A stretch of 54,956 nt of DNA from a virus (lineage: Duplodnaviria; Caudoviricetes): IMG/VR virus record IMGVR_UViG_3300037634_006492, positions 1-54,956 of that record; one strand, given 5' to 3'. Shown one piece after another: positions 1 through 8,600 of this stretch. Numbering within the stretch: position 1 is the first letter of the stretch; each line of letters starts with the position of its first letter. The notes beneath the pieces were generated by a model, which saw only the letters and a program-made list of their open reading frames with translations, was not told where the DNA came from and searched no databases. The position numbers were made by a program, and so were the translations under genes.

Positions 1-448
1 ATTCTTTTGTATAATTTTTTAAAGTCATACCGTTTTGAATCGTAGCAATGATTTGGGGTATAATTTTTCTTATATCAACATCATATCTTACTTTGGGTGG
101 ATAATCATTCCCACTAAAAATACTTTCGGCAACAATTTCTCCTTTGACTTTTATTTGGAAAGTAAAAATATCTTCATTTTCATAAATATCTATTTTATGT
201 GCTCTCTCATTTAACTCTTCTTCTGTTTGAACAAAATGTGGGTTATAATATTTATATAAATAATCGGCGGACTTTGACACAAATTGTTGTTTTATAATAA
301 ATAAAACATCATCTATAATCTCTTTAAGTTCAAGGGATCGTAAACTCTCTGGGTTAAACCCTCTAATTGAAAACTTTCTACCAACTATGGGTTTATTATT
401 AATTAATAATAAAAATTCATATGGAAGATTTTCGTAATTTTTTTTCAT
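1..448 (-). CDS. Hypothetical phage protein, 3' end beyond the window (MKKNYENLPYEFLLLINNKPIVGRKFSIRGFNPESL...)
   Basis: ATG at 448 just downstream of the exonuclease stop; frame open to the window edge (read manually, not in ORF track). Confidence 0.75.
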   Translation of the reverse strand, partial: MKKNYENLPYEFLLLINNKPIVGRKFSIRGFNPESLRSLELKEIIDDVLFIIKQQFVSKSADYLYKYYNPHFVQTEEELNERAHKIDIYENEDIFTFQIKVKGEIVAESIFSGNDYPPKVRYDVDIRKIIPQIIATIQNGMTLKNYTKE

Positions 449-453
449 TTGTT

Positions 454-1494
454 TTAATTTTGATTTTTAAAATAATTTATTTCTTTTTTAATAATCCTAA
501 GAAAAGGTCTTAGAAAATTTATATATCCTTCTCTTCCTCCAGGTATCGCCATCACTAACCCATCTTCTAACATCATTTTAATGACATTCTTGGTGTTTCT
601 ATCCTCTGGGTCAATAGAAGTATCAAATAGGGTGTTGAGCTCTTCCATAGACGATTCTGTTAATAGTGGGGAGTTAAGATTTATAATCTTTTCATTAATT
701 TCATATATTTTTTTACCTTGAATACCCACACTAATTTTATTTACTATATTGTCTAATGTTTTTAATCGGCTTTTTCTCTCCTTTTGTAATACTTCAATTT
801 TACTCATTATATCCTCCAATGTCAAAGATCTGATGGATAATTCGGGAAAATATTTTAAAAGAGTTTTTTCTTTAACCCCTTTTATTCCTTTTATATTATC
901 ACTTCCGTCACCAGCAATTACTTTGATTAATTTAAGATTAGTATGATGATGATTAAAAACATCCTTATAATTATCTTTAGTAATAATTCTTTTTAAGTTG
1001 ATAAGGTATATACCCACTTTATCATTTATAAGTTGGCACATATCCCGATCATTAGAAAGTATAACCACCTTTTCATCTTCTTTAATATTATTACAGTAAT
1101 ACCCTATAGCATCATCCGCTTCTATTATGTCATCTTGAAATTGGCGAATAAAGAGTTCTTCTCCATATTGTTTTACCCTTTCTTTTTGGATAAAAAGTTC
1201 TGGGTCTGAAGGCTCAAGTGGAGTGTAAAAATTTTTATCTCTATTAGCCTTATAATCTTTATATATATCATATCGCAATCTTCCACTAAATCTCCCATCC
1301 CAGAAAATAAAAACTTTATCATATCGATACTCATTTAAAGATTTTCTTAACATAGTTAAGAACTGAAAAATACCACCTATATGGGTATCTTTATAATAAA
1401 GATCTTTTGCTCCATAATAGGCGGTTTTTAATAGGGAATCACCATCTACAAGTAAGGTGTGTGTATATTTTTTTCTTTTAGGTAGTTTTGACAC
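454..1494 (-). CDS. 5'-3' exonuclease / flap endonuclease (T4 RNase H / PolI N-terminal domain family)
   Basis: Motifs LLVDGDSLL, YKANR, IEADDAIG, LSNDRDMCQL and the helix-3-turn-helix IAGDGSDNIKGIKGV. Confidence 0.92.
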   Translation of the reverse strand: MSKLPKRKKYTHTLLVDGDSLLKTAYYGAKDLYYKDTHIGGIFQFLTMLRKSLNEYRYDKVFIFWDGRFSGRLRYDIYKDYKANRDKNFYTPLEPSDPELFIQKERVKQYGEELFIRQFQDDIIEADDAIGYYCNNIKEDEKVVILSNDRDMCQLINDKVGIYLINLKRIITKDNYKDVFNHHHTNLKLIKVIAGDGSDNIKGIKGVKEKTLLKYFPELSIRSLTLEDIMSKIEVLQKERKSRLKTLDNIVNKISVGIQGKKIYEINEKIINLNSPLLTESSMEELNTLFDTSIDPEDRNTKNVIKMMLEDGLVMAIPGGREGYINFLRPFLRIIKKEINYFKNQN

Positions 1495-1526
1495 TTTTCA
1501 TATCCATTCTAAGATTAAACAATAAA

Positions 1527-2576
1527 TTATTGATCGGCGTATTCTACGGGCGCTTCAATTGAGTCCCCTTCCTCAATTGAAAAATCTACTTCTTCACCTA
1601 CACTATCAAATACTTGGGACCAATATTCTTTATAATCCGATTTATAAGAATCGATAGCTTTCTTATCATCTTCTATAAACCCATGTGTTGTAGCCAATAT
1701 TCTACAATCGGCATAACCTAACCCATTCATATGGTTTTTATGGATACCTACTTTGGTTCTTACGGCAAAATTAACTTTTCTACCTTTATTGGTAGCATTT
1801 AATTTAGATACCCCAGCACTTTTTTGGTTACCAAATAAGAAAACTAAAGCGCAGGATAAATAAATTGATTGTCCACCTTTAGGTTGAATTCTAGGTTGAC
1901 TAAAAGGATTATCAGGTAACTCAACCCATGGTTGGTTAACGAACACCATCGTATTAGTATATGGTGCACTCTCTTTACGAGATGATGTAATCCTTTGTGC
2001 CATACCCATTCCCCATTTTTCTGATATTGTACGGGCAGTATGTTGATTACCACCTTTACCATCAAAACTCATTTTACATGGTATAGTACCAATTGAATCC
2101 CAAAGGAAAACTATATCGTGAGGTATCTCTCCATTCTTTTGTGCATCTAAAATTTCTGTAACATACTCAAAAGATTGTTCAATATAATCAAACCCTAATT
2201 TATATAATAAAAATCCATCCCAATATGCCTCAATATCTCCTGTTTCTTCATTTACCTCTTCTATATATTCAGTTTGGAATCCCATTTGTTTAGCGAATTC
2301 AAAACTAAATTTTTGTTCAGTAATTATAAAAATAGGTAATATTCCTTTCTTTTGTGCGTCTATTGCGGTTTGGATTAAGGCGGTGGTTTTACCTGTATCG
2401 GAATGTCCCAATAACATATTAATCTGACCCATTGCTGGACCAGGAAGCCCCGTTGATTTTTGAAAAGCTTCCCCTAGATCAAAGTATTTTTGTTCTTTAT
2501 ACTTATCACTAGAAGAAAAACGTTTCCTAATCATTGAAAAATCGGTTGATTTTTTTTTAAGTGGTTTTTTAGCCAT
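1527..2576 (-). CDS. uvsX: RecA/UvsX-like recombinase
   Basis: Walker A GHSDTGKT, Walker B FLWDSIG, FVNQ and PKGG motifs; adjacent to SSB. Confidence 0.88.
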   Translation of the reverse strand: MAKKPLKKKSTDFSMIRKRFSSSDKYKEQKYFDLGEAFQKSTGLPGPAMGQINMLLGHSDTGKTTALIQTAIDAQKKGILPIFIITEQKFSFEFAKQMGFQTEYIEEVNEETGDIEAYWDGFLLYKLGFDYIEQSFEYVTEILDAQKNGEIPHDIVFLWDSIGTIPCKMSFDGKGGNQHTARTISEKWGMGMAQRITSSRKESAPYTNTMVFVNQPWVELPDNPFSQPRIQPKGGQSIYLSCALVFLFGNQKSAGVSKLNATNKGRKVNFAVRTKVGIHKNHMNGLGYADCRILATTHGFIEDDKKAIDSYKSDYKEYWSQVFDSVGEEVDFSIEEGDSIEAPVEYADQ

Positions 2577-2589
2577 GTTAATTTACTAT

Positions 2590-3477
2590 TTAGAATGGTA
2601 AGTCATCATCTGAATTTTCATCCAATGTAGTAGTAAGTACTTCATCAGTTTCCAAATCCTCAGATAATCCATTATCATTTTTTAGTAAATTAATTTCTTC
2701 TTCCAAAGAAGCAGTTTCTTTTTCTTCTTTTTCTTCTTCGGCCACATATTTGGATAATTCGGAATCCCAAACCGGTGTTAAATTTTTAGCTACAATTTCT
2801 AAATATTCCATTGTTTTTTTTGCATAAACATCTTTGAATGTTTCTTCATTATTGAACCATTCAGTAGCCTTTTCTTTATCAGTAGTTAAGATAGTGGTAT
2901 CATCAGTCATAATAGAACTAACTACACTCCATCCTTTATCATTACGATTAGTTGTAATAATAATATCTCTACCTTCTCTAGCATCCGTTATATCACCTTT
3001 TAATTTAAAGATAGGCATCAATTTATCTTGAACACCATCTCCAGTATATTTGTGTTTATATCTCCAGAATTTAACTCCATGATCTTCATTATCTCTATCA
3101 ATTCCTTTTACGACATAATATTTACGTGGAGAATATTCACGTGCCATATCTTTAGCCTTTTTACTTCCTTCCATTAATAAAGCTTCTCTTGCTTCACATA
3201 AAGGACATTCTTCACCAGAATTTAATTTTGGACAGTATATCTTTTCATACTTTCCATTAACTTGTCTTTCATGAAAATAAGCTTCATCAAATGGAGAATT
3301 ACCATCTTTCCCTGGTAATATTCTAAAAGTACGAGTGGCACTTTTAACTCCTTTTTGAAGTTTTTCTGTGAAATATTTTTTTAATCTTTCTTCATTCGAA
3401 ATTTTTGGTTTCGAACTGTTGTTGTCAGTATTTTTTTCATACTGTGACAAAATCGAATCTAAACTACTTTTATTCAT
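2590..3477 (-). CDS. Single-stranded DNA-binding protein (T4 gp32-like)
   Basis: TFRILP, YFH...CP...ECPLCE putative Zn ligands, GRDIII, acidic tail ending DDDLPF. Confidence 0.85.
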   Translation of the reverse strand: MNKSSLDSILSQYEKNTDNNSSKPKISNEERLKKYFTEKLQKGVKSATRTFRILPGKDGNSPFDEAYFHERQVNGKYEKIYCPKLNSGEECPLCEAREALLMEGSKKAKDMAREYSPRKYYVVKGIDRDNEDHGVKFWRYKHKYTGDGVQDKLMPIFKLKGDITDAREGRDIIITTNRNDKGWSVVSSIMTDDTTILTTDKEKATEWFNNEETFKDVYAKKTMEYLEIVAKNLTPVWDSELSKYVAEEEKEEKETASLEEEINLLKNDNGLSEDLETDEVLTTTLDENSDDDLPF

Positions 3478-3518
3478 TTTTTTCTTTTTTTTAAATGTTG
3501 TTAATTATTTTTATTGAT

Positions 3519-3549
3519 TAAATATAGGATACTTTTTTCATAAAGTCAA
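3519..3549 (-). promoter_or_regulatory. Putative sigma70-type promoter for the ssb-uvsX-exonuclease operon
   Basis: Coding strand reads TTGACT-N17-TATATT(TA) upstream of the ssb start. Confidence 0.5.
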
Positions 3550-3554
3550 TATAT

Positions 3555-3593
3555 AAAAAAACCTATAATGAATAAATTTACACATTATAGGTT
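3555..3593 (-). terminator. Rho-independent terminator after the 3618-4367 gene
   Basis: Inverted repeat AACCTATAATG / CATTATAGGTT followed by a T run on the minus strand. Confidence 0.7.
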
Positions 3594-3617
3594 AATTTGT
3601 CAAACGAGGGATTTGAC

Positions 3618-4367
3618 TTAATAGTCTTCATCATTTTCATCATAGTCAAATGAATTTTTAATTTCACTTTCACTATAATCATCTACATCTTGTTGGGTAA
3701 GTGTATAATCTTTTTCCTCTTCTCCATTATCATACCCTTCTTTATCTGCCCAATAATCTGTTAATTTTATACTATAAGGAAAAGAATCTAAGGATCTCAT
3801 TTCTAACCTCTCTACTGGTGTAGGGTTACGTTTTTCTATTTCTTTTTCTAAATCTTCTATTTTAGTTATTACTTGATCCATATCTGTTACTTGATCCGAA
3901 AGTTGATCGAAATTCCCTAATAATTCTTCCATTTTAGAAGTAAGACCTTCAATTTCATTTCGTGTTTCCTCGGCTTTATCTACAATATCTGTAACATCTA
4001 CCTCTACACTTTCACCACCACCTATTTCTTCATCGGCAAATTCATCCTCAACTTCCAAACCACCTTCGTCTGATGCAAACGGATCAACATCGGTTACCGG
4101 TTCTTCTATAGTAGTATCATCTATAACCTCTTCACCTTCAGGGGTAGGTACATCATCAACCACTTCTTCACCACCCTCTGGAGTGGCAAATGGATCTTCT
4201 TCTCCAGGAACAGGATCTTGCTCATATAATTTCTCCGCACCTAATAATAGATTTTCTATACCTTCATCATCTTCCTCATCCGTTTCGGGCATATAAAAAG
4301 TATACTCCAAAAGCTGCATGTGTCTTTCTAATTCTTCTTTTAATAGATCTTTCTTATTCATTTCCAC
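3618..4367 (-). CDS. Very acidic coiled-coil protein, possible prohead core/scaffold-like or internal head protein
   Basis: Leader DLLKEELERHMQLLE, E/D-rich middle with a short repeat TPEG(G)EEV(V/I)DD, heptad coiled coil near the C-terminus. Confidence 0.5.
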   Translation of the reverse strand: MEMNKKDLLKEELERHMQLLEYTFYMPETDEEDDEGIENLLLGAEKLYEQDPVPGEEDPFATPEGGEEVVDDVPTPEGEEVIDDTTIEEPVTDVDPFASDEGGLEVEDEFADEEIGGGESVEVDVTDIVDKAEETRNEIEGLTSKMEELLGNFDQLSDQVTDMDQVITKIEDLEKEIEKRNPTPVERLEMRSLDSFPYSIKLTDYWADKEGYDNGEEEKDYTLTQQDVDDYSESEIKNSFDYDENDEDY

Positions 4368-4561
4368 TATATTAACAATTGTCTACCATCAGTAGTTTTA
4401 TAAACTTTATTAACTCTTTCAATAATTTCTTTTCCATCATTAATTAAACATTCTTCTCCTACACATTCTCTTTCTTCCTGTTCTTCCTCTAAGAATTCAT
4501 CTAACTTTTTTTCTAAAGTTTCTTTTTTAGGTTTTACTTTATTTTTTCCTTTATCAATCAT
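4367..4561 (-). CDS. Small hypothetical protein
   Basis: 64 aa ORF coupled to the next gene; TATTTATA motif upstream. Confidence 0.65.
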   Translation of the reverse strand: MIDKGKNKVKPKKETLEKKLDEFLEEEQEERECVGEECLINDGKEIIERVNKVYKTTDGRQLLI

Positions 4562-4572
4562 ATTTGATATGT

Positions 4573-5016
4573 TTATTTATAAATATCAGGTTCTTTAGAA
4601 AAATTACGTACAATATCCATTATTATTAATTCTTTATCTTGGGTGGTCAATATTTTTCCTTGATATTTATCCCAATCTATTTTATATTCTTTATAGTTAA
4701 TATTACCAACTTCACCACCTATTTCATGTTCAATTAATTTATTTAATGCATTAATAGTATAAAAACAGTCTCCTCTTTTATGTACAATAATTGTAGTAGG
4801 AAAAAATGAGTTGGTATCTATTTTTTTACCTTCATCCAAATATATTCTAAATGTAATAAGTTGTTTTTCTTTATTATTATCAATGAGATATGTAAAAATA
4901 CTCGTAGTAGATATTTTAAATCTCTTAAAGAGATATTTTTTAAATCCTTCTATTTTTTCATTTAATACAAAAGATGCTAATGTTACAATTTTAGTAGTAT
5001 TTTTCATGTTTAACAA
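4573..5016 (-). CDS. Hypothetical protein
   Basis: 147 aa ORF in the operon orientation; start may be the ATG at 5007. Confidence 0.65.
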   Translation of the reverse strand: MLNMKNTTKIVTLASFVLNEKIEGFKKYLFKRFKISTTSIFTYLIDNNKEKQLITFRIYLDEGKKIDTNSFFPTTIIVHKRGDCFYTINALNKLIEHEIGGEVGNINYKEYKIDWDKYQGKILTTQDKELIIMDIVRNFSKEPDIYK

Positions 5017-5593
5017 TGTAAGGTACTAATTTTTGCTTATTACCTAATTTTTTTACAAAATCCTTACATTTATTAAATATTTCACTTTCTATTAAAACAC
5101 TCTGAGGTAGATAGTGTAATCTACTAATTATTTTTTGTGTAGATATCCCCATATATTCAGTTATGTTTAAATCAATCCCAAATATTATATCATCTCCCAA
5201 AATATATAACATATTTTTATCTGTTATATATGAAATTATTTCTTTTAAAGAATAAATCTTCTTTAAGATTTTTTTATTTATAGATAATGAATTATGTATT
5301 GGGTCTACATAAAGGTAAATAAGGTCTTCACCAAACATTTCATAACATAGATATTTAAATTTTTTTATATCAGTTTCATAATCAATTTTTCGTTCTTGTT
5401 TTGAAAATGTCCAATAAAAATCTTCATCTATTTGTCTATGTAAAATAGAAATCCTATTTTTAAATAATTCTTTGGCTTTATCCCACCCTATTATAAGGGT
5501 TGGTATATCCTTATTAATAGTGTCTATTTTATTACAAATCTTGAAATTTTCCTCTTTTATTCGAGAAGATGTTACTATATTACCTACATACAT
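4991..5593 (-). CDS. Hypothetical protein (likely start MYVGNIV at 5593 rather than 5680)
   Basis: ORF track 4991-5680; the ATG at 5593 avoids overlap with the hub gene. Confidence 0.65.
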   Translation of the reverse strand: MYVGNIVTSSRIKEENFKICNKIDTINKDIPTLIIGWDKAKELFKNRISILHRQIDEDFYWTFSKQERKIDYETDIKKFKYLCYEMFGEDLIYLYVDPIHNSLSINKKILKKIYSLKEIISYITDKNMLYILGDDIIFGIDLNITEYMGISTQKIISRLHYLPQSVLIESEIFNKCKDFVKKLGNKQKLVPYIVKHEKYY

Positions 5594-5645
5594 ACAATAA
5601 AGATAATAATTTTTTTTTAAAAATTCAATTGCGTGGGCATTAATC

Positions 5646-8600
5646 TTATCCAGCATATTTGGTGATACCAGCCTGTACACCCCCTATTACCCCTTTTACG
5701 GATGATTTAGTTCCCCCAGGATTAATACCTAATAAATCAAATTCACTTAAAACTATTGCAAATTTAGAAAAACTATTTTCTAAAGTTTTACCATTATCAC
5801 CATTTAATATCCGCACAGTTTCGGTAAAATTAGATGCAGTTCCTTCTGTAGAATGAGAATATGGTGTTTTACCACCTTTTAATACTGAAGAGAAACCAGT
5901 ATTTTTATCATATCCAGTAAAATTTGTGTATTTCCATATAGAAACGGCGACGGCTAATGATACATTATTTCCATTCTGAAATGCAAGATCAGGATCGGTA
6001 ATTAATTGTGGTATTCCTAAAGCATTACTGGCGGCGATATATTCCCCTTTACCAATAATAGGGATATATCCTCTTCCTCTATATTTATAAGCAGTTAATT
6101 GTCGTTGACCAACAGGTATAGATTCTTGCTGACCATTTATTGGATTTATCTGTGTAGTAGGATTTCCATATACATTATCATCAACATAATAACTTCTTTG
6201 AGTTGCAGAGGGATCATTAATACTAGCCCAAGATTCTACCATCTTAACAAAAGGATGTCCATTAGCATCGCTAGAACTTGTCATCATATTTGCCATAATC
6301 ATTGTAACACTAGAATTAGTTATAATACCATTATGTTGGAGTTGGGATTGTAGTGCCGCTACTAACCCGGTTTGTTTCGCAGGGGGCACTCCCATATTAG
6401 TAAGTGAAGTACTATTAATTAGTGGAAAAGAAAATTTACCATATTGATTCGGGTCTACTCCAATATTAAATCTATCTCTATTTTTATTAGTTAAGTTAGT
6501 AAATTTAAATGTTTCTCCATCTAATGTTTCTTCCGTCCCAATATCCAGAAAGGTTGTAATTTCACCTACTGGTTTAGTTAAAAATTTACTTTGTCTTAAA
6601 CCAGAAAAACTAGTGGTCATATGATTTGGTGTGATACTATGATTTACACTTAAAATCAAATATGCCCCATTAAAAAATGGTACATTATCTAATTGAAAGT
6701 ACATCATGGGTTGTATATTCATACACCCTAAAGCTTCTATATTACAAGTATATGAACGAGTTTTAAAAATTTTATATAAATCTGTTCCTTGGTATGCTCG
6801 TTGTGTTCCACCTCTTTTATCAATTAATTCAGTTAAAGCGGCAAAATATTCTCCCGTTTCTCTATGTTCTTGTTGATTTAAAGAAACGCTCTTAAAAATA
6901 CTTTGGTTTTCTGCACCATAAGAAACTCTAAACCCAACTAGACTGAACTCTGCCTTATCGGCAATATCGGGCGGTGGTTGTTCTAACTCAAAACCATCAT
7001 TTTTATAAGTATATCTACTACTTTCATTTATATCTAAAACTTCGGAAGTCCCTCCTACATAAATACATAAATAAACCGGACCACTATTAGAATTTTCTTC
7101 TAAGTGAGTGGCAGGAGTAAAAATTGCAGCAACAGAAGCAGGGTCTTTATAATCTATAAAGCTAGGCATTATTTGGAATAAAAAATTACTATCTCTTAAA
7201 ACTTTGGATAGGAAAAAATATAAACTAGTATTTAAATTATCGGATAAAGTAGCGATGCTATCTAAATTTATAACGGCATCATCTCCAATATCATTAAACC
7301 CTCTATCTATAAATCTAAAATAATCGAATAGATTTTTTTCTAGACCGCTAGCACCACAGGCGTTGTAGGCTAAAGTTTTTAAATTACACCCTGCAATCCA
7401 TTTATCATAAATATTTTTAAAATAATTATATATTTCTAATTTAATAGGCTCTAGCTGCTTATTTTTTTTCTCTAATTCCTGTGGAGTAATTTCTTCTTGA
7501 CTTTCCTCCGATTTAATAAAATTAGAAACAAAACTATCGTAATAAAGAGAAAAATTACTTACACTTAATCCATCATTTAATCCACCCGCTAATATACTGG
7601 GAGCATTTACTATAAAGTTAACCTCTACAGATAATTTTTTCGCTAATGTTGACCCTCTATTATATTTAGTCACTATATTTTCTGCCTCACAATAACCTGT
7701 ATCACCAATAAAAAGAGATTCAAAATTATTAAAATCTCCGTCCACCCAGTCAGTAAAATAGTTAATAATAGTATCTCTACTTTTAAGAGGTAAATCTATT
7801 AATACTTGATCTATTTTGCCGCCATTTATTGATCTAACTTCTTTACCTTTATTTTTACTCCCAATCGTAGAGATATATTCATCCATAAGTACTGAGGTGA
7901 TTGGTGAGTTATTCCAATCAATAGTCTCACTTCCAGCAGTGGCCCTCCATAAAGTGCCCCCTACCCATAATAAATAATATTTTGGTAATTTAAATATCGC
8001 CGATACTTTTTTTAATTTCCATCCCAACGGCATAGGTATAAAAGGGAAGGTATTTAAAAGTAATAATGCTTTAACATAATTGGATTGTCCCCCATACCAA
8101 GGACTATCGGTTACAAATTCTGAAGTTTGGACTGGTTGTGACGTATTCGTAGTGCCTTGATCCCCTAATAAATTAATATACCATGTTTTAATAGCCGCAG
8201 TTGGTGTTGGTGGCGCATTAGATTGTACATCCGGGGGTTTAATTCCCCCATCAATTAATGTTATATTATTATCAGGTATTTTTAAAATAGATGTGGGCTT
8301 ACCTAATCCAGCTTCTAACTTTTCTTTAACTTTTGGTGCCCATATACTATAAGATATGTTGGCTAATAATAAATTATTTTTCCATTGTCGGAAAGCATTA
8401 AAAGTGTTATTAGTAAAGGGGGTACCAAATTTTTGTTTATACTTATCATTTTCTGTTATAATGGTTGGTAGTGATACCGCATTATTAATTATCTCCCCAT
8501 CTTTTTCTTCAATATAGAGGTAATCTACCTCATCACTTCTATATCCACTAATTTCTATATTTTCTAACTTAGGGAGTCCATTACTCTCATCTATAACCGC

